Source: Gemmatales bacterium
Lineage (GTDB): Bacteria > Planctomycetota > Planctomycetia > Gemmatales > HRBIN36
Direction: 5' to 3'
Assembly (NCBI GenBank): GCA_041640595.1
Contig: JBEPZY010000003.1
Coordinates: 276,773 to 340,772, forward strand
Length of the DNA: 64,000 bases
Shown here: positions 21,993 through 31,583 of the stretch, one piece after another
How the letters are laid out: every line of letters starts with the position of its first letter
Numbering within the stretch: position 1 is the first letter of the stretch
Translations under genes and position numbers: made by a program
Notes under the pieces: model-generated
Databases searched by the model: none
What the model was told of the DNA's origin: nothing
Seen by the model: the letters and a program-made list of their open reading frames with translations, nothing else

Positions 21993-22104
21993 GGTCGCAA
22001 TGCCGCCAGATGGGGCGGTACAATGACAGCGTTCGGGCCGGCTGGCTGTCTCTGGCACACCAAGAAGGTCGCGATGCCGCCAGATGGGTCGGTACAATGA
22101 CAGC
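21993..22104 (+). repeat. 38-bp direct repeat flanking a unique 36-bp insert
   Basis: GGTCGC(A/G)ATGCCGCCAGATGGG(G/T)CGGTACAATGACAGC at 21993-22030 and 22067-22104. Confidence 0.85.
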
Positions 22105-22130
22105 AACGGGCGAGCACTGAGGGTAGCGGG

Positions 22131-23645
22131 ATGGCTATGTCGGCTGGTGTACAGACGCAGCAACGCTTACGCACCGCACTGCCGCTGGCGGTGACGTTGC
22201 CGTTGCCGCTTTCGCCATTCGAGGCGTTGCGGCGTGTGGCCCGACTACCGATGGCGATATTGCTGGAAAGTGCGCTGGCGGGTGGCGAATGTGGGCGATA
22301 TTCGTGGCTGAGTGCCGATCCGTTTGCCACGCTGCGAGTGCGCGGCCAGGAGTTATGGTGGCAGTATCGCGGGGCGAGTTACCGTGAGCATGGCCATCCC
22401 TGGCTGGCGTTGCGGCGGGTTCTGGCGACGATGCGACAATGGCCGCGACCGGATTTGCCGCCGTTTCCCGGTGGCGTGGCCGGCGTCTGGAATTATGAGC
22501 TGGCCCAGCATCTGGAGCGCTTGCCGCGAGCTGCCCAGGATGATTTCGCCCTGCCCGAACTGGTGGTCGGCTTTTACGATTGGGTCGCCGTCTGGGATCA
22601 TGCCAGCGGACAGAGCTGGCTGATCAGTACCGGCTGGCCGGAACACGATCCCGAACGCCGATACCGTCGCGCTCAACAACGGCTCGAACAGGTGCGGGCC
22701 TGGTTAGAGTGTGCCGAACCGCAGCCCCTCGAAGCTCGCCATCCCGTCCAGCAAGCCGACTCCGATCTGCGACTGGCCCCGCAATTTCCGTTGCCGCGAC
22801 TGGCCGATTTGGCCAGCAACTTCAGCCGCACCGCTTACTGCCAGGCTGTGCAACGGGCCATTGACTATGTGCATGCCGGCGATTGTTTTCAGGTGAACCT
22901 GGCGCAACGGCTTTTGTATCCGGCCCGGCTCAGTCCGCTGGAACTGTATGGGCGATTGCGGCAGGTCAATCCGGCTCCGTTTGCGGGCTATTTCGACGCC
23001 GGGGATTACGTACTTTGCAGTGCTTCGCCCGAACTGTTTCTGCGAGTGCAACCGGACGGCTGGGTGGAAACCCGCCCGATCAAGGGAACTCGTCCCCGCA
23101 GCGACGATCCTCAGCAGGATGAACAGCATCGCCTCGAATTGCTCGCCAGCGGCAAAGACCGTGCGGAAAATGTCATGATCGTGGACCTGCTCCGTAACGA
23201 TCTCGGTCGCGTTTGCCGCTACGCTACGGTGCAGGTGTCGGCGGTGTGTCAGCTGGAGACGTATCGCACGGTGCATCACCTGGTCAGTGTCGTGCGGGGT
23301 CAGTTGCGGCCGGAATGCGACGCTCTTGATCTGTTGCAGGCGACCTTTCCGGGGGGTTCGGTGACCGGTGCCCCGAAAATCCGCGCCATGCAGATCATTG
23401 CCGAACTCGAACCGACCGTTCGCGGGCCTTACTGCGGCTGTCTCGGCTACCTCGGTTTCGATGGCAGTGCCGAGTGGAACATCCTCATCCGCACCTGCAC
23501 GGTGGCGCGAGGCTGGGTGCAATTTCCCGTGGGTGGCGGTATCGTTGCCGACTCCCGGCCCGAACTCGAATACGAAGAGACTCTCCACAAGGCCGAGGGC
23601 ATTCTCCGCGCTCTCGAAGAACCTGCCTTGTCTCCGCGAGCCTGA
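22131..23645 (+). CDS. pabB: Aminodeoxychorismate synthase component I
   Basis: GDCFQVNL, SASPELF, TRPIKGT, KDRAENVMIVDLLRND, FPGGSVTGAPK, GGGIVADS; sits in a pterin cluster. Confidence 0.9.
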   Translation: MAMSAGVQTQQRLRTALPLAVTLPLPLSPFEALRRVARLPMAILLESALAGGECGRYSWLSADPFATLRVRGQELWWQYRGASYREHGHPWLALRRVLATMRQWPRPDLPPFPGGVAGVWNYELAQHLERLPRAAQDDFALPELVVGFYDWVAVWDHASGQSWLISTGWPEHDPERRYRRAQQRLEQVRAWLECAEPQPLEARHPVQQADSDLRLAPQFPLPRLADLASNFSRTAYCQAVQRAIDYVHAGDCFQVNLAQRLLYPARLSPLELYGRLRQVNPAPFAGYFDAGDYVLCSASPELFLRVQPDGWVETRPIKGTRPRSDDPQQDEQHRLELLASGKDRAENVMIVDLLRNDLGRVCRYATVQVSAVCQLETYRTVHHLVSVVRGQLRPECDALDLLQATFPGGSVTGAPKIRAMQIIAELEPTVRGPYCGCLGYLGFDGSAEWNILIRTCTVARGWVQFPVGGGIVADSRPELEYEETLHKAEGILRALEEPALSPRA

Positions 23646-23648
23646 GCC

Positions 23649-24272
23649 GTGATCCTCGAAGGACTGGTAACCACCCTGACTCCCGACGGTCAATTGCATC
23701 TGGCACCGATGGGGGCGACGCTTTTTGCGGAAGACCTTGGCCCGACCGGCAGACCGGATGGCACGTTGCGGCGCTTCCTGTTACGGCCGTTTCAAACCGC
23801 CCAGACCTACCGCAACCTCGTCGCGCACCGGGAAGGCGTTTTCCATCTGAGCGATGATGTGCTGTTGCTGGCGCAGTCGGCTATTGGTGCGGTGGAACCG
23901 TTCCCGCCGGTTCGCCCCGCTTCACACATTCTCGGCTACGTGCTCGAGGATGCCTGCCGGTATTACGAGTTTCGCGTCGTCCGTCTCGATGACCGTCAGG
24001 AACGGGCCGTGCTGGAAGCGGAAGTGCTGGCGAGTGGGCGAGGCCGGGAATTCCTCGGCTTCAATCGCGCCCGCCACGCCGTTCTCGAAGCCGCCATCCT
24101 GGCCACCCGTGTGCATCTGCTGCCGCGTGAGCAGATCGTGGAGGAGTTTCGCCGACTGGCACCGCTGGTGGAAAAGACCGGCGGCCCCCGCGAACTCGCC
24201 GCCTTCCGCCTCCTGCACGACTACCTCACCACCTCCCGCCCTGCTTCCCACTCCGCAACGTCTGCTCCGTAA
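23649..24272 (+). CDS. DUF447 family protein (Orf22-like, H4MPT-associated)
   Basis: ILEGLVTT...APMG, LRPF...TY.NL and GFNRA.HAVLEAAILATR. Confidence 0.88.
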   Translation: MILEGLVTTLTPDGQLHLAPMGATLFAEDLGPTGRPDGTLRRFLLRPFQTAQTYRNLVAHREGVFHLSDDVLLLAQSAIGAVEPFPPVRPASHILGYVLEDACRYYEFRVVRLDDRQERAVLEAEVLASGRGREFLGFNRARHAVLEAAILATRVHLLPREQIVEEFRRLAPLVEKTGGPRELAAFRLLHDYLTTSRPASHSATSAP

Positions 24273-24299
24273 CGCCGGGCGGCAGGCCACGCCGGGCAA

Positions 24300-24610
24300 G
24301 CCGCAGGCCCCGACTCCCCATTCCGCAACGCTTGAGCCGCAGTTGCCAACGCCTGACTTCCTATTCCCAGTCCCTAAAACCAAGCCCCAATCCGCTATCT
24401 CCAATTCCCGATTGCCCAACCCGAATCCCGAATCCCCGACTGCCAACTTCTAATCCCCAATCGGCAATCCCTGATTCCAAATCCGCTTGCCAGACGCCCA
24501 TCGTGAATGGCCGGTTCCCAGTGCCCAATTCGCAAACTCCTATTCGCAACCCGCAATGGTAAATTGCCGATGGCCCCTCGCTGATTCCCGGTTGTGGATT
24601 CCTCTGCGCC
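24300..24610. repeat. Degenerate heptamer tandem tract (AATCCCG/ATTCCCA/AATCCGC-like)
   Basis: About 7-nt periodic, C-rich tract between convergent genes. Confidence 0.7.
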
Positions 24611-24652
24611 AGCGCTCTCCGCAATTTCCCGCCCTAGCCAGCCACTCGCCGC

Positions 24653-27600
24653 TCATTTCAAATCGCCGATGTACCAGACTCGAATGGTCTTGTCTTCGCT
24701 TCCCGACACGACGTATTTGCCATCGGGCGTCACCGCAACGCTATTGACGTAATCCGAGTGCCCCGTGAACCGCCGCACTTCTTGCCCCGTCGCCAGGTCC
24801 CACACACGCACCGTTCTGTCCCCGCTTCCTGAAACGACGTATCGGCCATCGGGGGTCACTGCGACGCTCAACACCGTGCCCTCGTGCCCCGTGAACCGCC
24901 GCACTTCTTGCCCCGTCGCCAGGTCCCACACACGCACCGTTTTGTCCCCGCTTCCCGAAACGACGTATTTGCCATCGGGCGTCACCGCAACGCTCCTGAC
25001 CCCCCACTTGTGCCCCGTGAACCGGCGCACTTCTTGCCCCGTCGCCAGGTCCCACACACGCACCGTTTTGTCATCGCTTCCCGAAACGACGTATTTGCCA
25101 TCGGGCGTCACCGCGACGCTCCAGACCCAACCCGCGTGCCCCGCGAACCGCCGCACTTCTTGCCCCGTCGCCAGCTCCCACAAACGCACCGTTTTGTCAT
25201 CGCTTCCCGAAACGACGTATTTGCCATCGGGCGTCACCGCGACGCTCCTAACCCAATCCTGGTGTCCCGTAAGCCGCCGCACCTCTTGCCCCGTCGCCAG
25301 CTCCCACAAACGCACCGTTTTGTCATCGCTTCCCGAAACGACGTATTTGCCATCGGGCGTCACCGCGACGCTCTCGACCGAACTCTCGTGCCCGGTGAAC
25401 CGCCGCACTTCCTTGCCCGTCGCCAGCTCCCACAAACGCACCGTTTTGTCGCGGCTTGCCGAAACGACGTATTTGCCATCGGGTGTCACCGCGACGCTCG
25501 TGACCCCACTATGGTGTTCCGTGAACAGCCGTAGCACGAATGATACGTCCCAGTGCCGAGCCAGAACGCCGGAACTGAAACCCTTGCTGTCCACCGCGCG
25601 AAATTCCAGAGCTAGGCTGTCTCCTTTAACCTGTGGGATCAGCAGTTTCGGCTCCGCTAGCCGTTGCCACTGGGACTGTCCCGCATAGCGCCACTCGACG
25701 TGGACGGCTCGGCCCGGCGGCGAAGCCACCTCGAACTCAACGGTGAATGGGTCGCCCGCTATCGGGCCGTTCGGCGGTATATGTCTGGCGAGCTTCAAAA
25801 TAGGGGGACTGGGAGGGGTAACCTGCCAGCGCTGGTCCACAACAAAACCGACGATGCCCTTGCTGTCCACGGGGCGGAATTCGAGGGCGAGAGTGTCGCG
25901 CTGCACTTCCGGAATCTGCAACTTCGGCTCGGACAAGCGCCGCCACTGGGCCTGTCCCGCATAGCGCCACTCGACGTGGACGGCTCGGCCCACCGGCGAG
26001 GTCACTTCGAACTCAAGAGTGAATGGATCACCTGCTACCGGGCCATTAGGCGGATTCTGCTTGGCGAGTTTGAGCCTCGGGACGGGAACGAAGACCGCCC
26101 AGCGCTCTCGGACGATGGAACCGACGACGCCCTTGCTGTCCACGGCGCGGAATTCGAGAGCCAGAGCGTCGCCGTTGATTTCGGGAATCTGCAACTTTGG
26201 ATCGGTCAAGCACCGCCACTGGGCTTGGCCCGCATAGCGCCATTCGACGCGCACCGGACGGCCCACCGGCGAGGTCACTTCGAACTCAATAGTGAATGGG
26301 TCTCCCGCTACCGGGCCATTGGGCGGATTCTGCTTGGTGATTTTCAGCGTCGGAACCGGAACGAAGACCGCCCAGCGCTCTCGGACGATGGAACCGATGA
26401 AGCCCTTGCTGTCCACGGCGCGGAATTCGACGGCGAGAGTGTCACCCTGGATTTCGGGAATCTGCAACTTGGGGTCGGACAAGCGCCGCCACTGGGCCTG
26501 GCCCGCATAGCGCCACTCGACCTGCACCTCGCGGCCGACTGGTGAGTTGGCCTTGAACTCGATGGTGAACGGCTCGCCGGCGATGGGGCCCTTTTCGGAC
26601 TGGTGTCGAGTAATAGTCAACGTCGGCCTTCTGGCCTCGTACCAGGAGGCGGCAAATGGCGGCGGGCGAACGGCAAACTGGTCGGGTATCCAGCCCAGGG
26701 CGAGAACAGCCACTGCCGAGCCGGCCGATGCGAAAAGCAGACTTCTGAACAGCAAGAGCCGCCAGTCCTGAATTGGTCCGGCTCGCACTGGCACTGCGTA
26801 AGACCAGACGGCAGCACCGGTGCCGACCACCAGCCCCACGAGCGCGCCGAGCCACCAGCAGTTCACTGGCCACCACCACTCGGTCAACACCGCAAGGATG
26901 AGAGCCAGTGTCGCAGATGGCACCCCGACAGCCATCACAGCGGGGATGGTTTGCTTCTCGTTGATCCAGGCGAGGCAGAGGGCAAGCAAGACGAAGGGGG
27001 TGAGCACCACCAGGGCCGCGTAAAGAGGCCCCAGGATCGCCCCGACTAGGCAACCAACCACGGTGCCAGCAAGCACGGGAACCAAGGCCCGCAGCAGGGT
27101 GAGGAACGGATTCCAATTTCTGGCAACCCTGGCCGGTTGGAAAATTTGTGGCGTTGACGGCTGAAGCTGGGTTGCGTTACTGTGCAGATTCGGTTGGGTA
27201 GTCGGAACGGGGATCGGTGCCAGGCCGGGCGAGGCTCTCAGTTGGGGGCGGGCGGAAGCTGAGCCGGTCAGTGGTGCGGCATTGGGCACGGAGCGGTCAG
27301 CGAGACCAGCGCTGGCAAACGACACAGAAGTGGCACTGCTTTGCGGCGATAGAGAACCATTGCGCAGTACCTCTTCGACCTGCCCCTGCTGCAACGCCGT
27401 CAAGGGCCGCACCCAACCAGTAGCCGCATCCGGCACCAGTTCCTGCAAACTGGGCGTTTGCTCAAACGGCTGCACACACGCCAGAATCAGGTGCCCCACC
27501 AGGTTCCGCGTGTTCAGCTCCCGGCAGTTCTTCCACAACTCCCGAAACAACTCCGACCGGCCCGGCTGAGCATAATCCTCCTGGCCAAACACCAGCCTCT

Positions 27601-28345
27601 GGTCGCTGAAGTGTCTGGCCAGCTGCTGGTCGAGCATCAGGCAGCGGAGCGTGGTGTAAATGACCAGGTGGGGAAAGCGGTCCATGAGTGGGCCGTAACG
27701 TCGTTGCGGGTGCTGATAGTTGGGCTGACCGCTTTCATTGCTGGGGAGCGTGTCGAGAGCCGGCACCCAGACGCCATCGTAGTCCACCAGCCGAAGCTTG
27801 ACGCTGTTGGGCCGGTTGCCGGGAATGAACAGGACGTTGCCATGCTGCAAATCGCCGTGGGCAAGGCGGTCGCGTTCGAGTTCGCTGGCCAGTCGGTGCC
27901 ACAACTGGGCCATCGCTTCCAGCAGTTCGCGGGTCTGCGGCCCCGGGCGTTGCAGATGGTGTTGCAGAAACTCATCCAGCCGCTGGCCTTCCACCCACTC
28001 CATCCGCACAATCGGGAACCATTGACCGTTGACGAGGATGCCGCGTGGCTGGTACTGGAAGCGTACCAGGTAGCCCGGACGGCGGTTGCTCAGGTGCTTA
28101 TCGAATGCAGCGTAGCGCGTCTCCAGATTGCGGATGTCGCGGTAGAAGCATTTGATGGCGAATTTGCTGCCATCGGGGGATTGGAGCTGGAAGACCGCCG
28201 CGAAACCGCCCGACCAAACCAGAGGCAGGCCCTGCTTATTCAGGGCAGGCTTGCAGCGTTTCAATTCCGGGTCGGCCAGGAAGAGGTGAGGGTTTTGCAC
28301 CGCCTCGCGGTAATCACTGGTGCCGGGCAGACTCGCGGTGCTCAT
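24653..28345 (-). CDS. Atypical Ser/Thr kinase fused to multi-TM segment, four Ig-like repeats and a 7-blade WD40 propeller (TerY-P triad kinase)
   Basis: GGFAAVF, AIKCF, HGDLQHGNVL and LVDYDG; hydrophobic segments; ~91-aa repeats x4; GH...VAVTPDGKYVVSGS.D.TVR.W x7. Confidence 0.9.
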   Translation of the reverse strand: MSTASLPGTSDYREAVQNPHLFLADPELKRCKPALNKQGLPLVWSGGFAAVFQLQSPDGSKFAIKCFYRDIRNLETRYAAFDKHLSNRRPGYLVRFQYQPRGILVNGQWFPIVRMEWVEGQRLDEFLQHHLQRPGPQTRELLEAMAQLWHRLASELERDRLAHGDLQHGNVLFIPGNRPNSVKLRLVDYDGVWVPALDTLPSNESGQPNYQHPQRRYGPLMDRFPHLVIYTTLRCLMLDQQLARHFSDQRLVFGQEDYAQPGRSELFRELWKNCRELNTRNLVGHLILACVQPFEQTPSLQELVPDAATGWVRPLTALQQGQVEEVLRNGSLSPQSSATSVSFASAGLADRSVPNAAPLTGSASARPQLRASPGLAPIPVPTTQPNLHSNATQLQPSTPQIFQPARVARNWNPFLTLLRALVPVLAGTVVGCLVGAILGPLYAALVVLTPFVLLALCLAWINEKQTIPAVMAVGVPSATLALILAVLTEWWWPVNCWWLGALVGLVVGTGAAVWSYAVPVRAGPIQDWRLLLFRSLLFASAGSAVAVLALGWIPDQFAVRPPPFAASWYEARRPTLTITRHQSEKGPIAGEPFTIEFKANSPVGREVQVEWRYAGQAQWRRLSDPKLQIPEIQGDTLAVEFRAVDSKGFIGSIVRERWAVFVPVPTLKITKQNPPNGPVAGDPFTIEFEVTSPVGRPVRVEWRYAGQAQWRCLTDPKLQIPEINGDALALEFRAVDSKGVVGSIVRERWAVFVPVPRLKLAKQNPPNGPVAGDPFTLEFEVTSPVGRAVHVEWRYAGQAQWRRLSEPKLQIPEVQRDTLALEFRPVDSKGIVGFVVDQRWQVTPPSPPILKLARHIPPNGPIAGDPFTVEFEVASPPGRAVHVEWRYAGQSQWQRLAEPKLLIPQVKGDSLALEFRAVDSKGFSSGVLARHWDVSFVLRLFTEHHSGVTSVAVTPDGKYVVSASRDKTVRLWELATGKEVRRFTGHESSVESVAVTPDGKYVVSGSDDKTVRLWELATGQEVRRLTGHQDWVRSVAVTPDGKYVVSGSDDKTVRLWELATGQEVRRFAGHAGWVWSVAVTPDGKYVVSGSDDKTVRVWDLATGQEVRRFTGHKWGVRSVAVTPDGKYVVSGSGDKTVRVWDLATGQEVRRFTGHEGTVLSVAVTPDGRYVVSGSGDRTVRVWDLATGQEVRRFTGHSDYVNSVAVTPDGKYVVSGSEDKTIRVWYIGDLK
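24680..25530 (-). repeat. 126-bp near-identical WD40 coding repeats (7 units)
   Basis: Recurring GAAACGACGTATTTGCCATCGGGCGTCACCGC with 126-nt period. Confidence 0.95.
25545..26625 (-). repeat. 273-276 bp coding repeats (4 units, Ig/FN3-like)
   Basis: CCCTTGCTGTCCAC at about 25581, 25857, 26130 and 26403; protein unit GP.AGDPFT.EF...SP.GR.V.VEWRYAGQ.QW..L..PKL.IP...LALEFRAVDSKG. Confidence 0.9.
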
Positions 28346-28381
28346 GGGCGGCTCCTCAGCAACCGGGCACGCTCCGCATAA

Positions 28382-29404
28382 TCAGCACTGGATGATCAGT
28401 AGCGTAACATCATCATTAGCCAGTTTATTCAGCTTCCGCAAGTGGCCGACCCAGGAACGGAATCGCTCCTGAGCCTGCGTCGCCACCGTAGTGGCGGTGC
28501 CAGAGGCGAGAGGCTGTGATGCGTGATTTTCGCTTTGCTGGGTCAGGTTGGCTGAGTGATTCGGCGTCGTTTCCGGGGAAGCGTGAACAACTGCTGCTGG
28601 CGGGCCGGCTTCGGCGACCGCAGCGGGGTTCGCGGGAGTATCGGCGTCAGGCTCGAGCAACTGGCGATGGATTTCCTGCCACGGCTGGTTTCCCGATTCG
28701 TATTCGCTCAGAAACCAGCGAGCCAGAGCATCGGTCATCAGCAGGAACGTATCGCCTGTCTTCCAGCGGCGAATGCGCCAGCGCACCGGGGCCGTCGGCC
28801 AGGCAGGCGGTCGGCTCTGGGAACAAAGAAGCGGTGGAGTGTTGCTGAAATCCGCCGCTTTTCGCACGGGGAAGCTGAACACCAGCCGAGTATCCCGCCT
28901 CTGCTGGTCATCCCGCAGATGGAACATGCAGGCATCGCCGACGGCCAGGCAGAAGTAGCGCCGGTTTGCCGACCGGCCCGGTTGGTGCCGCTGGCAGCAC
29001 CTGGTCGGGCGCTGCATGTCGGGCAACAGCACCAGTCCGCAGAACGTGGCTACTGCTCCTTCCCGAATCCGGTCTTCCACGAACCAGGGCCACTGCCCGC
29101 CGCGGGAGCTTTTCAGCTCCCCCAGTCGTTCGCGCCACCGCTTGCGCATCGCTTCCAGCCACCGCGAACATTGCTGCTGAATATCCTGGCGCCATTGCGA
29201 CCGGCCACGGGCTTGCTGGAAAAGACCCGTCCAGCTTGCATCCGTCGCGAAGCCCTCGACGAGAATGTTCGCCCATTCTCGGGAAAACGAGCTTTCGGTA
29301 GCCCCGTCGGCCACGGCAAACCGACATGCCCGGTGAGCGCAGGCATCCTCGTATTCGGCTTCGCTATTGCCTTCTTTCTGAAGCCAGAAATGGTGCACAC
29401 GCAC
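28382..29404 (-). CDS. PP2C-like protein phosphatase (TerY-P triad)
   Basis: EYED...FAVADGATES, AVGDAC, LLMTDAL and NDDVTL motifs. Confidence 0.9.
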   Translation of the reverse strand: MRVHHFWLQKEGNSEAEYEDACAHRACRFAVADGATESSFSREWANILVEGFATDASWTGLFQQARGRSQWRQDIQQQCSRWLEAMRKRWRERLGELKSSRGGQWPWFVEDRIREGAVATFCGLVLLPDMQRPTRCCQRHQPGRSANRRYFCLAVGDACMFHLRDDQQRRDTRLVFSFPVRKAADFSNTPPLLCSQSRPPAWPTAPVRWRIRRWKTGDTFLLMTDALARWFLSEYESGNQPWQEIHRQLLEPDADTPANPAAVAEAGPPAAVVHASPETTPNHSANLTQQSENHASQPLASGTATTVATQAQERFRSWVGHLRKLNKLANDDVTLLIIQC

Positions 29405-29417
29405 GTCCAGGCCCTAA

Positions 29418-30299
29418 CTATTGCGGCGCAATAGGCTGAGTAGCTCGAGTGCCGATGTTGAAAAATTTTATTACTCCTTCCAGGTCGCCCTGGTAAACAA
29501 AACCCCGTGCTGTGTCGGCAATCCGACACTGGGGCAGCAACTTGCGGGCCTCAGCGATCAGGAGCTCAGGCATCACGCTCGTCAATCGAAACATCAGCCG
29601 AGCGTATTCATCGGGCAATACGCTCTCGTTGTCCGGAAAGTAGATCACAGGGCCAGGCATCGCCGAAATACACGCATTGAAAAGCAGCACCTGTCCGTCG
29701 GTGGTTTGCAGGTTGCGAATGCGTTGCACCGCCAATTCCACCTGCTGCAGGACCGTCGGCGTCATCCGACCGGATTCATCGGTGGGCTGACCGTCGGTCA
29801 AATTCATGACCACCGGCGGATAGGCATTCGGATATCGCTGCACAAAAGCCTCCAGTGCGCGATAAGCCAGTTCCAGAGCCTCGAACATCGGGGTCGGGCC
29901 CTCGGCTTTTGGCTCGAACCAGATAGGAAAATTCACCGTATACGTGGTCAACCCGCCCGCGCCATCGTAAATCGTTTTATCACGACGCTCGACCCGCAGC
30001 GGATTCATGGCAATCTGGCTGATCGGAAGCAACTCCCCGGACTGCAGCGTTCCGCCCAGGGTGAAGCCCACGTCCGCACCATATCCGATGATGCCCACGA
30101 AATACCGATCCAGTATTTCGTCTCCTTTCGTTGCTCGGGAGACCAGTTCGGCCAAACATCGGTTCAGGGCATCCGCGACACCGTCGGCTTTGCGAATGTT
30201 GGGGTTGTTGCCAAACGGTTCGCTCATCGAACCGGACTGATCGATCAGGAACAGGAAGCAGGTCGGATTTCGGCGACTGATTTCCGCACTGTAAGCCAT
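29418..30299 (-). CDS. vWA domain protein (TerY-like)
   Basis: MIDAS motif DQSGSM, G.TPM and NLTDGQPTD; GGAGG RBS. Confidence 0.9.
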   Translation of the reverse strand: MAYSAEISRRNPTCFLFLIDQSGSMSEPFGNNPNIRKADGVADALNRCLAELVSRATKGDEILDRYFVGIIGYGADVGFTLGGTLQSGELLPISQIAMNPLRVERRDKTIYDGAGGLTTYTVNFPIWFEPKAEGPTPMFEALELAYRALEAFVQRYPNAYPPVVMNLTDGQPTDESGRMTPTVLQQVELAVQRIRNLQTTDGQVLLFNACISAMPGPVIYFPDNESVLPDEYARLMFRLTSVMPELLIAEARKLLPQCRIADTARGFVYQGDLEGVIKFFNIGTRATQPIAPQ

Positions 30300-30394
30300 G
30301 CCGCATCCTCCAACGGTCGAGCCACGATTTTCCAGACGCCGCTGGCTATACGAATTTCATTATTACGGCCCAATAGCCGCCGGACAAGCAGCCC

Positions 30395-30501
30395 GGACAG
30401 CCGTCGGCCGAGCAGCGGGAAACATGCCCGTCGAACATCGCTGGCTCGAATCCGGCCGCTCGGTTGGACACTCGTGGGCCGGGCTGCGGGGAACATGCCC
30501 G
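30395..30501 (+). repeat. Decayed 36-bp direct repeat flanking a 35-bp insert
   Basis: 30395-30430 vs 30466-30501, 30/36 identical. Confidence 0.65.
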
Positions 30502-30559
30502 GCTCAACGCCAGCGCACACCGAGCCAATCGCGTCTATGTCCTGGCCCCGCGGGTGGCG

Positions 30560-31540
30560 TTACTGGCCGGGACGCCACAGGTACCAGAAGACGGCCGCGG
30601 AGCTCTCGGTGCCGAACACGGTATCCAGCCCTGGCACATGCACGCGAACATCCACGCGGCTGGGAAAGCGTGGCCCGGCGTAGATGCTCCCCCGATAACC
30701 GCCTTCCCGATCGTAGGCGACTACGTAAGCGTCGCGGATACCAGCCAGCTCCTTCGCACGGGCAATAGCATCGTCGAGGTAACCGATTTCGTCCACCAGT
30801 CCGTACTGTTTGGCCTCCGCAGCGGTATAAACGCGACCATCGGCGAGTCGGCGGACGTATTCTTCCGGCAATTTTCGTCCAGCACAGACGACAGCGATGA
30901 ACTGGTCGTGATACTGGTTGACGATGTTTTGCAGGATGGTTCGTTCTTCCTCGGTCATTTTGCGAGCGGGATTGCCGAGGTCTTTGTTGACGCCGGATTT
31001 AATGGGCTCGGAGGTAATGCCGAGTTTGCTACACAGCCCCTCCAGATTGTACAGGCTCATGATCACGCCGATGCTGCCGGTGGTGGTTGTCGGATGAGCG
31101 ACAATCCAGTCGCAGGCAGTGGCGACGTAATACCCGCCGCTGGCTGCCACGTCCATCAGGCAAGCCACCACTGGTTTGCCGGTGGTCTGGCGGAAGGCGA
31201 GCAGGTCGCGGTGCATGATGTCGCTGGCGGTCACGGCTCCGCCGGGGCTGTTGATGCGCACCACCACCGCTCGGACGTAAGGATCGCCGGCCGCCGTCTC
31301 CAGTTTCTCCCGAAACTCCGAGACCGGATTGCTCCCATCACTGAGGAAGCCGGGCTTTCGCTCGTTGACGATCAGGCCGTTGACGTCCACCAGGGCGATT
31401 TTCTGCAGTGTCCAGCCGCGGGCCTCCTGAACAATTTGCTCCTCAAAAGGCCCGTCGCTGTGGATAGGTTTGATGAGCAGGGCATTCGCACAGCCACTCA
31501 GCAGCGGTATCAGGAGCACAGCCAGAGTCGCGCGCGTCAT
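30560..31540 (-). CDS. sppA: Signal peptide peptidase SppA (36K type, lipoprotein)
   Basis: Lipobox LSGC, INSPGG, AASGGYY, TGSIGV, ADGR, GLVDEIG. Confidence 0.95.
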   Translation of the reverse strand: MTRATLAVLLIPLLSGCANALLIKPIHSDGPFEEQIVQEARGWTLQKIALVDVNGLIVNERKPGFLSDGSNPVSEFREKLETAAGDPYVRAVVVRINSPGGAVTASDIMHRDLLAFRQTTGKPVVACLMDVAASGGYYVATACDWIVAHPTTTTGSIGVIMSLYNLEGLCSKLGITSEPIKSGVNKDLGNPARKMTEEERTILQNIVNQYHDQFIAVVCAGRKLPEEYVRRLADGRVYTAAEAKQYGLVDEIGYLDDAIARAKELAGIRDAYVVAYDREGGYRGSIYAGPRFPSRVDVRVHVPGLDTVFGTESSAAVFWYLWRPGQ

Positions 31541-31583
31541 AGCGGGATTCCTGCGTGGGGGATAGCAAGTCCTGGATTTTCAG

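Noticed and set aside
24680..25530. Diversity-generating retroelement behind WD40 or paralog variation
   Set aside because: No reverse transcriptase or template repeat is in the window, and the differences are not restricted to adenines.
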